From the sequence record MT939492.1: a DNA stretch of 64,000 bases. One strand, 5' to 3'. Shown here piece after piece: positions 8,953 through 18,337 of the stretch (the stretch's first letter is position 1; every line of letters begins with the position of its first letter). The notes below the pieces were generated by a model. The model searched no databases and was not told the DNA's origin. It saw nothing but the letters and a program-made list of their open reading frames with translations. Made by a program: the position numbers and the translations under genes.

Positions 8953-8961
8953 ATTAAAGGC

Positions 8962-8984
8962 TTTTCAAACCTACATTACCTAGG
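8962..8984 (+). promoter_or_regulatory. Putative early promoter, copy 2
   Basis: ttttcaaacctacattacctagg. Confidence 0.6.
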
Positions 8985-9046
8985 AGAGTCATGGCCTACG
9001 TTAATCCTGATAGCCCACGACCATTCTTTAAGAGAGGAGAACTACC

Positions 9047-9499
9047 TTGAAAATCCAGCGTACCATTACCGTCTTCACCCTGGACGGCGTCATCGATCAT
9101 TTCAACCACCAGGACGTCAACGCGGCTCTGAAGCCGTTCTATGCCCCCGGTCCGGAAGAGACCCTCAGGGTCGAACTGAACAAGACACAGAACCCCTCTC
9201 CGGTGGGTGGTCTGCCGACTCATCGCGGGTTCGTCGAACTGGACCTGTCCCTGCTCAAGGGTAACCGCCTGAACTGGCCGGCTGTCCTGTTGTACTACGC
9301 TCCGATGGACATGGAGCAGAGCAAGCGACAGGAGATCGACAAGCACATCCGCGAAACCCAGTTCATGCTCAAGGACTTCGTTCTGTTGTCAGGTCAGCTG
9401 ACGAGCGATTACTTTGCGCTGTTCATCAAGGACGACGGCGCCGAAGAGCAGCAGGCTTCGCTGAACATGGGCAATCTCGGTAACTACAGCGAACACTAA
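9047..9499 (+). CDS. Hypothetical protein
   Basis: TTG start with RBS gaggag. Confidence 0.75.
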   Translation: MKIQRTITVFTLDGVIDHFNHQDVNAALKPFYAPGPEETLRVELNKTQNPSPVGGLPTHRGFVELDLSLLKGNRLNWPAVLLYYAPMDMEQSKRQEIDKHIRETQFMLKDFVLLSGQLTSDYFALFIKDDGAEEQQASLNMGNLGNYSEH

Positions 9500-9501
9500 C
9501 G

Positions 9502-9933
9502 ATGCAGCTCTCCATCCCGATGGATCTGATTGCCACAGTAGGTCGTGAAACAATCAGGCGCATTGGGGAACACTCCATTGAGCCTGATTGGTTCATCCAT
9601 AGCTACTTCTACAACTGGCGTGAGTTGCGTTATGCAAACGAGCATGACGCAGAGCACGAACTGTACAATGAAGTAGCTGACTGGCTGGAGGAGTATTTCT
9701 TCGACCGCTACGATACCGACTTGGTCAACTCATCAGAGCAGTTGCGCGATGAGCTTACCGAGATGATGTGCAAAGGCCTGCTTCGTGTCTATGACGAACT
9801 GGAGCCTACGCTTGGACCACTGATGCGCGATACGTTTGCGCAGGACGAGTACCGTGACCCTGTTCACGTTGACCCGTTTGTAGAAGACGATAGGGTGATT
9901 ATCAATGTCAGAGAGTTTGATGACGTCGACTAA
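9502..9933 (+). CDS. Acidic hypothetical protein, paralog pair B
   Basis: 143 aa; packed operon. Confidence 0.75.
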   Translation: MQLSIPMDLIATVGRETIRRIGEHSIEPDWFIHSYFYNWRELRYANEHDAEHELYNEVADWLEEYFFDRYDTDLVNSSEQLRDELTEMMCKGLLRVYDELEPTLGPLMRDTFAQDEYRDPVHVDPFVEDDRVIINVREFDDVD

Positions 9934-10336
9934 ACTCTACATAGAGCCTGCGGGCACTCGTGTAGTGGGGCGTCGGTTGGTCAGACTACTGGCCGATGCT
10001 CACTTGGATTGGGAGATCATTTACCACATCATCCTGAAGTATTGGCTGGTGTACATTGACTTCCAGTCCAATTACGAATCCATCGAGATGATGACGATGG
10101 GTGAGTTGCTGTCCTACATCTACTCAGACGAGGACCGTACCGAGGACTCAGTTGCGCTCGAATCTGAAGTGATCATCGAGCGCAACTATAGTCAGATCCT
10201 TGAAGCGTTCGAACGCATCATTGAGAGCCTCTATCCGTACCTCAGTCCATTTGACGCGCGGATATGCTCCTTCGAGTTTGAGACGTTCACCGAGAATGGC
10301 GTCTTCATCTCGGTTCATTACGATCCACAATTCTAA
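9905..10336 (+). CDS. Acidic hypothetical protein, paralog pair B
   Basis: 143 aa; similar layout to 9502..9933; start uncertain. Confidence 0.7.
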   Translation: MSESLMTSTKLYIEPAGTRVVGRRLVRLLADAHLDWEIIYHIILKYWLVYIDFQSNYESIEMMTMGELLSYIYSDEDRTEDSVALESEVIIERNYSQILEAFERIIESLYPYLSPFDARICSFEFETFTENGVFISVHYDPQF

Positions 10337-10345
10337 GGGAGTCTC

Positions 10346-10747
10346 ATGGAAACCATGACTGGTCAGATCTCTCGTGATCGCTCGTACAGGATCAACGATG
10401 CTGGCCTCATCCTGATGGACACCTCGGTGCGGTCAGCCCCGCCGATCTACAACATCTTCGCCCCCACGTGGGACATGGTGCGTGGAGTGAAGGACGGCTA
10501 CCTGCCGTACACCGACATTGCCTACACTGAAGCCGACTACACTCGCGATTATCGGAAGATGATGATCAACAGTTGGCGGAGCCGTCAGCGGCAGTGGAGG
10601 GAAATCATGGAGCGCAAAGGCGTGTACGTGATCTCCTGCTACTGTCCGGAAGGATGCTTCTGCCATCGTTATCTGCTCGAAGGCTTCTTCAAAGAAATCT
10701 CTGAGAAGTACAACCTGCCCTACGACTACTACGGGGAGTTTAAGTAA
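10346..10747 (+). CDS. DUF488-like protein
   Basis: FAPTWDMV...YT..Y..MM..S...CYCP...CHR motif pattern. Confidence 0.65.
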   Translation: METMTGQISRDRSYRINDAGLILMDTSVRSAPPIYNIFAPTWDMVRGVKDGYLPYTDIAYTEADYTRDYRKMMINSWRSRQRQWREIMERKGVYVISCYCPEGCFCHRYLLEGFFKEISEKYNLPYDYYGEFK

Positions 10748-10764
10748 TCCCCAAAGGAACTACC

Positions 10765-11325
10765 GTGCCAACACACCTGCTGAAGATTTCCCCCCATGTG
10801 CTGGAAGACATCAGACGCGATGCGCAGTACAACCAAGATGCGCTTGCAACCTCTGATGAACTAAAGCAGAGTTTTAAGCAGGGTTATCAAACCGCCCGCG
10901 AGGAGATCATGGAACGTCTCTTTGCAGAGATCGAGGACGAGAAGCGCCGATCCGAGTTCAGAGGGTTCTTCTACCTCACCGGAATCGGCGATAACTTCGA
11001 TCGTTCGAACTTCCCTGTTGACGGCACCATGCCTGAACTGCCATGCGGCTCGTATGTCGCCACCGCACAACTGCCAGACGGTACGACGTTTGACATGATG
11101 CTGGAATGGAAACATCGTGAAGGTATCGACACCGATGACTACAGCCCACGCGACATCGCAGAGTTGCTGCGGGAACAAGCCCACAATCAGCATCCGGAGT
11201 TCGGCCCCCTGACGTCCTTCGTGCTGTCCACCTTCAAGAAAGATGAAGCCGGTATCAATCAGTGCTTCATCCTCAACACCCCCTTGAAATACAAGCCCCT
11301 TATCATCAACGGAGAAACACCTTGA
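10765..11325 (+). CDS. Hypothetical protein
   Basis: GTG start with RBS aagga. Confidence 0.75.
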   Translation: MPTHLLKISPHVLEDIRRDAQYNQDALATSDELKQSFKQGYQTAREEIMERLFAEIEDEKRRSEFRGFFYLTGIGDNFDRSNFPVDGTMPELPCGSYVATAQLPDGTTFDMMLEWKHREGIDTDDYSPRDIAELLREQAHNQHPEFGPLTSFVLSTFKKDEAGINQCFILNTPLKYKPLIINGETP

Positions 11326-12443
11326 AGAGTTTCATCACGCGTGCCAACGAGGCAGTGCAGGCCCAGCGGGTTCCCTACACCGACGTTCCCCACGCCCAGC
11401 GGCGCGTGTATGCGGAACTGGTGAAGGAAATCGTCGAGGAAGTTCTGGCCGACTGCGTCAAGACGCACTCCATCCAGACGACGTGGAGCTTCCCGACCGA
11501 ATACGAGTACATGAACTTGATGCCTTACGTACAGCTCAAGGTCAATGTCGATGCACTCGACTCGGTTGAGCGGGCACTGCACGAGTGCCGCAAGACTCTC
11601 AACACGCGCGGCATCCACATGCGCCTGGGTCGCAACAACGACAACACCGCCATCATGGTGAGACTGGTGGACTTGTTCGCCATCGTGGACCGCACGGTGG
11701 TTCATGGGAAGTGCTTCAATGGCCCGGGTGGTGTACGCGATAACCTCACCGAAGCCGGCTGGATCGACAAGACCTTCCCGTATTGGTTGGTCAAGCTCGA
11801 TGGTCTGTACCACGAAGTCCAGCGCAGTGAGGAAGGCCCGAAAGGCTTGATCGGCATCAGCGCATGGAAGTTCATGATCGACTACGCGGCCTCGCGTTAC
11901 AAGATCAAGTTCCTCACCCACTGGAACGATCACAAGCGCAAGGAAACCATCGCCGCTTACGTGCCGAGTTACATGAAGGACGACACGGCAGTGTTCGACG
12001 ACGACATCCGCTACCTGTTGGCCTGCAACCGCAAGGACTTCACCTACCTCGACACCTCAGCGCCCGAGACCATTCGTGACCAGGTCCGTCCGGTGATCCA
12101 AGGCCTGCGCTTTGCCAAGACGATTGGCGACTTCATCCAGCACTGCCAGTGCTCCGGTATCGGTACTGACTTCATCCCTAGTCAGATGCTGCTGGACTCT
12201 GCAAAGAGCCAGAACATCACCAAGGATCTGGAGGCCTCCATCCTCTGGACGGCCATGACCCTGCCGGTGACCACGACCTTGTACCAGCGTCAGCTGGAGG
12301 TGAAGAACCTGACCATCGACCTCGGTACTGGCAACTGGACGGACTCCAAGTTCAGTCCCATGCTGCAGACCCTGGTCGAACCGCTGGCTTCCATGATCCG
12401 CAATTACGAGCGCGTTTCCAAGCTCAAGTTCTTCAAGGAGTAA
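11322..12443 (+). CDS. Hypothetical protein
   Basis: TTG11322 has RBS ggag and overlaps the upstream stop; preferred to ORF-track start 11262. Confidence 0.75.
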   Translation: MKSFITRANEAVQAQRVPYTDVPHAQRRVYAELVKEIVEEVLADCVKTHSIQTTWSFPTEYEYMNLMPYVQLKVNVDALDSVERALHECRKTLNTRGIHMRLGRNNDNTAIMVRLVDLFAIVDRTVVHGKCFNGPGGVRDNLTEAGWIDKTFPYWLVKLDGLYHEVQRSEEGPKGLIGISAWKFMIDYAASRYKIKFLTHWNDHKRKETIAAYVPSYMKDDTAVFDDDIRYLLACNRKDFTYLDTSAPETIRDQVRPVIQGLRFAKTIGDFIQHCQCSGIGTDFIPSQMLLDSAKSQNITKDLEASILWTAMTLPVTTTLYQRQLEVKNLTIDLGTGNWTDSKFSPMLQTLVEPLASMIRNYERVSKLKFFKE

Positions 12444-12445
12444 TC

Positions 12446-13000
12446 GTGTCGCACGTCACCCGCATGCAGTTGGCGTTCGCGCCGACCGATATCGTTCAGG
12501 GTCAGGTGATGTCCAGCCTGATCACCGCCGAGAAGGCTGTCAAGGCCGCCGAGGAAACCATGAACTCCATGTTCATGGCAGCCTACCTCAACGCACTGGA
12601 GAAACTGACTGACCGCGCCAACTACATCCGGGAGTACATGGATGACTACCTGGAAAGCGCGCGGAAGGACAACGGAGCCAACGTTGTCCTTGGACGCATC
12701 GAAGGTCAGAAGTTCGTACTCCGTGCAGCTCACGCGGACTGGTACGAGGAGTACACCAACTCCGACTACATGGCCTGCATCAAGGAGATGCTCGGCGGTC
12801 CCAATCGTCCGATGACGGCGATGGACATCAAGCACGCGGGCTGCGAACTGATCCTTGGCTACGACTACGAGAAGGAGCAGTGGCGCATGCTCAGTCCCCT
12901 GCTCGCCGGTCGTCTCAGGTTCCCAGCCTGCCGCGCGAGCGTGATTATGTCGGTGGAGGTCGCCGGCGACTCCTTCACTGTATCGCGCACCTTCACTTAA
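12446..13000 (+). CDS. Hypothetical protein
   Basis: GTG start coupled to the upstream stop, RBS aaggag. Confidence 0.75.
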   Translation: MSHVTRMQLAFAPTDIVQGQVMSSLITAEKAVKAAEETMNSMFMAAYLNALEKLTDRANYIREYMDDYLESARKDNGANVVLGRIEGQKFVLRAAHADWYEEYTNSDYMACIKEMLGGPNRPMTAMDIKHAGCELILGYDYEKEQWRMLSPLLAGRLRFPACRASVIMSVEVAGDSFTVSRTFT

Positions 13001-13031
13001 TCCTTCCTTCCCAAAGAGTAACAAGATCAAC

Positions 13032-13670
13032 ATGGATCGAATCACTGCTGTCAATCTGCTCAACACCGATGCCGGTCGTCGTGAACACGGTGGTCAGGCC
13101 AATGGCTGGAGCGCAGGCGTCACGCTGCTTGCCAACCAACAGGACCACGAAACCAGTTACATGAAGATGGTGACGTTGGGCGACATCACCATGCGTCCGT
13201 CCACTGCGGTGTTCCTCTACGAGAACGCTCAGGGCGTACACACCGTCGGCGTCCCCTACGAAACCATCTTCCATCCTGAAGACCAGGGCGCCTTCGAGCG
13301 CAGCGGCGCGGCTCTGCTGTACCAGATGACCGTGGCTCTGGCCAAGTTCGCCATGGACACTGGCTTCCCGGCTCCCGATGGTGAGATCGCTCTGATGCTG
13401 CTCTCCAGCGAACGTGGCGGTCTGATCGGTGAAGGTGAAGAAGACGGCGTCAAGGTCAGCTTCTTCCCGCATGCCGTGGAGAAGGTGCTGGTCATGTACG
13501 AAAAGCGCGTGGGCAAGCTGCCGCCGTTGGGTCAGGCGTACCGTAACAAGGGGCTGAGCGGCACCGCCGGTGCGTTCGGCCTGCAGGCTCAGTTGCAGGT
13601 TGCCCGTGCCAAGGGTCGTAACCGCGCCAGCAAATCCAACAAGCGCAAATCCAAGAAGAAGGTGCACTGA
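13032..13670 (+). CDS. Hypothetical protein with a basic C-terminal tail
   Basis: Ends KGRNRASKSNKRKSKKKVH. Confidence 0.75.
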   Translation: MDRITAVNLLNTDAGRREHGGQANGWSAGVTLLANQQDHETSYMKMVTLGDITMRPSTAVFLYENAQGVHTVGVPYETIFHPEDQGAFERSGAALLYQMTVALAKFAMDTGFPAPDGEIALMLLSSERGGLIGEGEEDGVKVSFFPHAVEKVLVMYEKRVGKLPPLGQAYRNKGLSGTAGAFGLQAQLQVARAKGRNRASKSNKRKSKKKVH

Positions 13671-14341
13671 TGGACAAGGCCACTTTGGAAATGCTGTCCC
13701 ATGTCGGCACGTCCTTGAGTTACAGCCTGGATGATGTCGGTTCCCGAGTAATGGACCAGATCAACGATGCGCGGGAGAAAGCTGTCGGTGAGCTTCGCGC
13801 GAACCGCCCCAAGGCCAACAGCCTGGCACGCCTGCGTATCCACACTTTCCAGGAGCGCTTCTCCCCGCATCAGTACATCCGGGAAGGCTTCGACGCCATT
13901 GAGGTGGATTTCCGGCAGGACGGCATGATCACCCTGCACTACCTCAACGTTGGATTCAACGCAGCGACGGTACAGGATCTGAGTACCGTTACCAAGATGT
14001 TCGCAGATGAGATCCACCCGAAGCTGCCGGGGGACATCTCGACCAATCCCAGCGCGGTGATGGGATACCTGCGTGACCTTTCCTCTAGGTTCTGGCTTGT
14101 ATCGACGCCATCGGAAGGGGGTATCTGGTGCTGGTATGTCAACCCGAGTCGTGCGATGGTCATGGAGCTTGCGCATAGCGACATGTACGGTGGGGACGAG
14201 TGGGCCTCCATGCGCGATCTGGCACGTAAGCGCATCCTCGTCAAGAACGCCGGCCCGAAGTTGCGAGGGCATCTGTTCGCCGGTCCCAGTGAGCTACTAC
14301 CTTTCGGGAGAGTAGCACCATCCGAGGAAGCGCAGGCATGA
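13670..14341 (+). CDS. Hypothetical protein
   Basis: TGATG coupling. Confidence 0.75.
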   Translation: MDKATLEMLSHVGTSLSYSLDDVGSRVMDQINDAREKAVGELRANRPKANSLARLRIHTFQERFSPHQYIREGFDAIEVDFRQDGMITLHYLNVGFNAATVQDLSTVTKMFADEIHPKLPGDISTNPSAVMGYLRDLSSRFWLVSTPSEGGIWCWYVNPSRAMVMELAHSDMYGGDEWASMRDLARKRILVKNAGPKLRGHLFAGPSELLPFGRVAPSEEAQA

Positions 14342-15027
14342 GCATCGTAGTCGTCGACTCGGATCTCACTCTGGTCGGTGACTCGCGGCGCAGTACAATT
14401 CGGGCTGGAGTGGCTGTTCGTACCAATGACAGTCACCCCAAGCTGGTCTCGTTGGCTGACAAGGACGTTGTCTTTGAAAGCGCCAAGGTTATCGCAGCTG
14501 CACGCTGTGCTAACGTGAAGACCTCCGAGTTCATGCTCTCCCACCTCATCCAGGGCAAGCTGCGTAAGCTCACCGTCCAGCCTTCCAAGTTCAAGGCGTT
14601 CAACGCCAAGCCCGGCAAGCTGCTGATCCTCACCGTCAATGGTCTCTACTTGGCCTCCTACAAGGGAACCAAGATGACCATCCAGTCGGTGGAAGCTCCG
14701 TTCGCAATGGGGTCTGGTGCCTCCTTTGCAATGAAGCTGCTCAAGCGTACGTCGATGAAAGCGCCGGAAGTGACAGCATTGGTATGCAAGATGTACCCCA
14801 ATGCTGGCGGGCCTCTGATCGGCGTCACCATGAGCCCGGAAGGGAAGAATGGTCCGCTGGTTACGGCCTTCAGTATCCTCAATTCCGACGCTGCAATCAC
14901 CCAAGCCCTGCACAATGCCTGCATTAGCTTCACAGGAGCTGCTGACGGCAAAGACAGGGTCTTGATGGGTGGTAGGCGCAGGAACGACAACACGCAGCTC
15001 TACGAGCGTCTGGGAGTTTCTCCGTGA
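14338..15027 (+). CDS. HslV/proteasome-beta-like Ntn-hydrolase (putative peptidase)
   Basis: N-terminal Ser after Met removal, LVGDSR, Lys at position 34 and FAMGSGASFA match the T1/DSR/K33/GSG pattern. Confidence 0.65.
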   Translation: MSIVVVDSDLTLVGDSRRSTIRAGVAVRTNDSHPKLVSLADKDVVFESAKVIAAARCANVKTSEFMLSHLIQGKLRKLTVQPSKFKAFNAKPGKLLILTVNGLYLASYKGTKMTIQSVEAPFAMGSGASFAMKLLKRTSMKAPEVTALVCKMYPNAGGPLIGVTMSPEGKNGPLVTAFSILNSDAAITQALHNACISFTGAADGKDRVLMGGRRRNDNTQLYERLGVSP

Positions 15028-15689
15028 GTTTGATTTACATCAAGACCGATGGTGGGGCTGCGAAGATCGTGGCCCCGATTCAGTCCATCAACATCAGCGC
15101 ACTGTACCATCGTCGTGAGGACGATGACTACAAGTTCCATGGCGAGGCAATCGTGGCGGCCGGGTATGCGGTGGGTTCGCTGCACATCCCGGAGACGGCG
15201 CTGTTCCATGGTGCCCACGATTTCGCTGAGGCGTTGAGTGAAGGCCTGCTCGACTCAGCTCCTCTGGCAGAGCTGCCCGTGTTCGATAAGGGCAAGCTGC
15301 GCTACAACGCCATCGACTTCTTCATCCTCACCCCTACCAAGTTGTACCGGATTCGTGGTGACTGGGATGGCGAGGGCGAAGTCCAGCACATCGGCACCTA
15401 TGTCAGGCTCGGCGGTATTCACGAGCTGTACATCGGTATGCAGGGCCAGTTCCTGACGATGTTCCCGGCAGACCTGCTGACCGACCCGATGCAGGCTATC
15501 TATCAGACGGCTACGATCATATCGCTCAAGGGTATGGATTGGACTCCGGTCTCCTCCAGTCAGCTGACCGAGCTGAACACCGCTGGTCTGATCTCCGGCA
15601 AGATCGAATGGGAGCACAAGCTGCATCAACGCCACCCGCGTCGCCCCGAGGTGTGGGATATCCTCACCCTGAAGCAGAACAAGGCATAA
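15024..15689 (+). CDS. Hypothetical protein, possibly a degenerate Ntn-fold paralog
   Basis: GTGA coupling; N-terminus SLIYIKTDGGAAKIVA; YIGMQGQF in place of the GSG loop. Confidence 0.6.
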   Translation: MSLIYIKTDGGAAKIVAPIQSINISALYHRREDDDYKFHGEAIVAAGYAVGSLHIPETALFHGAHDFAEALSEGLLDSAPLAELPVFDKGKLRYNAIDFFILTPTKLYRIRGDWDGEGEVQHIGTYVRLGGIHELYIGMQGQFLTMFPADLLTDPMQAIYQTATIISLKGMDWTPVSSSQLTELNTAGLISGKIEWEHKLHQRHPRRPEVWDILTLKQNKA

Positions 15690-15735
15690 ACGGCTGGGAG
15701 GGTGACCTCCCAGCTATGCCGCATCTTTTTTTTTT
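15683..15735 (+). terminator. GGCATA...TATGCC-flanked hairpin with U-tract
   Basis: ggcataaacg-gctgggagg-gtga-cctcccagc-tatgccgcatctttttttttt. Confidence 0.75.
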
Positions 15736-15804
15736 GTCCCCGGAAATGCCGAAACTTATCCTATGTTGACCGGAAGGTCTAACGTCTCCTAACCACCAAA
15801 GGAA

Positions 15805-16926
15805 ATGCACATGGCCATCTTCTTCATGACTGGCTTCGACTTGTTCGGCAGCGCTGATAATTCCTCCAAGAATGGCCCTCTCCTCGGCGCAGGCCTGATC
15901 AATCATCCCAGCAAGCCAACCATCGGTAACACCGCACTCAAGGACCACAGCATCGGTGTGTCCACCCTCGATAGATACATGATGGGTAAGGGTGCCAACC
16001 GGCGTAAGGCCGTAACTTGGTGGGCTGGCGAGCAGCAGATGAATGGCACGGTGGCAGCTACCTTCCCCCTGCCCGTCGGTGTCGCTGGAACCAATGGACA
16101 GCGTACGACATTTGGCTTCCGGCTCAAGAAGCAGAAGATCAATCCGGCCGGAGCGGCACTGCCGAACGTTTGGTACTCCATGTTGAGTATCAATGGTTCC
16201 GTTTATTTGGCTTTCTCGCCCGGAGCCAATACGCTCTATTTCGGAGTCAGTTCCAACGCGTTCCCCTACGTCTTCGTTGACGGTCAGGAGTACTACATCG
16301 AGCTTTCGCTGGTACGCACCGGCACATCCACGCATTCGTTCGAGCTTTACATCGACGGCGTCAAGGTAGGCGCAACCTTCAGCACAAGCCTGACTGGTCC
16401 GTTCACCACCTTCGCGCTCGGCAGCGGCGGCTCCAACTATATCTGGAACATGGCGGTCTCCTATAGCGACGTCTACGTATCCGATACCAAACTCGGCCCG
16501 CAGATGGTGATCAGTCGTCAGCCCACGCTGCAGTTGGTGAAGAATTGGACTCCGTCGGAGGGCGAAGACAACCTCGCCTTGATCACTGGCGCGAACACCA
16601 TGGATGACGGTAAGATCATCAGCTCGCCCGACCTGGGTAACCTGAGTGATCGCTATCGCCTGGAGTTCAATCTGCCGTCGCATCAGAAGGCCTACGCGGC
16701 TTCCCTGTTCGTGCGAGGCAAGCGCGATCAGGCATCCACTCGACGCGTGCTCGCCACCGTATTCGGTCCGGCAGGAACCACGTTGGATCCGGACAAGCGC
16801 GTCAATACGCTGTTCGACACTGCTGCGTTCCGCACGGATCTGCTGTGGTCCACCGAGGATCAGTCTGTGCTGACTCCGGCCAATCTCGCAGGACTGGAGA
16901 TGACGCTGGTCTCCCCGCTGAGCTAA
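15805..16926 (+). CDS. Putative virion structural protein, beta-rich (lectin/ConA-like)
   Basis: MAIFFMTGFD N-terminus; rich in G/S/T and aromatic residues; next to tail-family genes. Confidence 0.5.
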   Translation: MHMAIFFMTGFDLFGSADNSSKNGPLLGAGLINHPSKPTIGNTALKDHSIGVSTLDRYMMGKGANRRKAVTWWAGEQQMNGTVAATFPLPVGVAGTNGQRTTFGFRLKKQKINPAGAALPNVWYSMLSINGSVYLAFSPGANTLYFGVSSNAFPYVFVDGQEYYIELSLVRTGTSTHSFELYIDGVKVGATFSTSLTGPFTTFALGSGGSNYIWNMAVSYSDVYVSDTKLGPQMVISRQPTLQLVKNWTPSEGEDNLALITGANTMDDGKIISSPDLGNLSDRYRLEFNLPSHQKAYAASLFVRGKRDQASTRRVLATVFGPAGTTLDPDKRVNTLFDTAAFRTDLLWSTEDQSVLTPANLAGLEMTLVSPLS

Positions 16927-16936
16927 GGAGAAGACC

Positions 16937-17146
16937 ATGACCGCCAGAGTCTCCTCGATCGGCGCCATGTTCCTTCAGGACGACCAGGGCTCTGCCTTGG
17001 TCAGTTCCTTGGGGGCGATGGTCATGATCAACGATGTCTCACCTGCCCTGGTCAGTAACATTGGTATCCAGATTCTCATGGACGCCCAAGCTGACACAAA
17101 CATTCCGCCCGAGTCCGGAGCGATGCTCCAGATTCAGAAAGTGTAA
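16937..17146 (+). CDS. Small protein with V.S.G...M repeats, probably structural
   Basis: RBS aaggag; repeats ARVSSIGAM / ALVSSLGAM / ALVSNIGIQ. Confidence 0.65.
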   Translation: MTARVSSIGAMFLQDDQGSALVSSLGAMVMINDVSPALVSNIGIQILMDAQADTNIPPESGAMLQIQKV

Positions 17147-17155
17147 GGTGGATTC

Positions 17156-17722
17156 ATGACCGACCTGTCAATTGAAGCGAGGGATATCGTTCTGGGTTTG
17201 ATCAACCAGGACAATGACCTCACTCTCACTCACGAACAGGTGACGCTGGAGCCGCCGGGTGCTGTTACGCCCGGTGAGCCCACCACGGCCATGCGGGTTC
17301 GTTCCAAGCCGACCTTCGACTACAGCGGTAGCGTCAGTCTCTCCTACGAGCGATTGAATCTGCAGCAGGTGATCGACAAGGCTGGCGGGATGAGCATCCT
17401 CACGCCGAAGGACGTCACCTTCGAGCAGTTCATCGGCAGTATCGCTGAGCTGTACGACATCAACTTCACCACGTCTGAAATCGAACCGGTTGGCGTGTTC
17501 GATCTGTCCCAGGGTTACGACCAGCTGAATGTGCAGGTCAAGGCCAAGGGCGGCTCGTACGCCTACTACGGCGAAGGCGTGATCGTGGCTCACTTCGATT
17601 ACATCCCGGTGCCTGTGGATGAGCTGGTGACCGCTGCTGGCAAGGTATCCGCCGCCATTCGCACAGGCCTGTACAACATCTTCTACAACGCCCCTGGTGG
17701 CGGTATTCCCGTCCCCGGCTGA
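17156..17722 (+). CDS. Tail-tip family protein, anchor module only
   Basis: IVLGLINQDN...YERLNL...YDINF...AYYGEG matches the N-terminal module of the 39-48 kb paralogs. Confidence 0.7.
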   Translation: MTDLSIEARDIVLGLINQDNDLTLTHEQVTLEPPGAVTPGEPTTAMRVRSKPTFDYSGSVSLSYERLNLQQVIDKAGGMSILTPKDVTFEQFIGSIAELYDINFTTSEIEPVGVFDLSQGYDQLNVQVKAKGGSYAYYGEGVIVAHFDYIPVPVDELVTAAGKVSAAIRTGLYNIFYNAPGGGIPVPG

Positions 17723-17739
17723 ACAACCAAGGAACCAAG

Positions 17740-18279
17740 ATGAGCACCAATCCCGAAGAAGTCATCGAGCGTCTCAACGCAGCCGCCGAAGATACCGAGG
17801 CCAGCAATCTGCTGCTGCGTCAGTTCATCCAGGGCGGGCAGGACGAAGTGGTGGAGCTGGACGATGGCAACATCCCCACGCTGCGCAACCTGCTGGAAGA
17901 AGTGCGTAACCGCGCTGGTTCGCGTCGCTTCAACATCAACTTCTCCGTCAACGACCTGCTGCGTTACGAGATGAAGGCCGAGCCGCTGTTCGGCGCCATC
18001 ATCGGTGAAGACGTTGTTGTCGATCGTGCGCTCAGCTCGTGCATCTTCCGACTCAACACTGCACCGACGGCTGACATCGCTCTGCAGATCACTCTGGGCG
18101 AGAATCGCTTCGACGTGGTCTTCGCAGCCGGCAGTAAGGATGGCGTGGTTCAGAATGGCAGCGCTGAGCTGATCAACGTACCACGCAGCTCGGCACTGGA
18201 AGTGTCGCTGAACAGCTACGCTCGCGGCGCTGCTCAGATCCGCATCATGATGGAACTGATGATCGTCGAGATCTACTAA
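17740..18279 (+). CDS. Putative tail fibre adaptor/structural protein
   Basis: N-terminus FIQGGQDEVV.LDDG.IPTL resembles fibre head-binding segments. Confidence 0.5.
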   Translation: MSTNPEEVIERLNAAAEDTEASNLLLRQFIQGGQDEVVELDDGNIPTLRNLLEEVRNRAGSRRFNINFSVNDLLRYEMKAEPLFGAIIGEDVVVDRALSSCIFRLNTAPTADIALQITLGENRFDVVFAAGSKDGVVQNGSAELINVPRSSALEVSLNSYARGAAQIRIMMELMIVEIY

Positions 18280-18280
18280 G

Positions 18281-18321
18281 CGGCATAAATAGAGGAGGGG
18301 CCGAAGCCCCTCCTCTATGCC
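18281..18321. terminator. Bidirectional GGCATA...TATGCC hairpin
   Basis: cggcataaat-agaggaggggc-cgaa-gcccctcctct-atgcc between convergent genes; no U-tract. Confidence 0.7.
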
Positions 18322-18337
18322 CCCATGCTGTTCGCGA

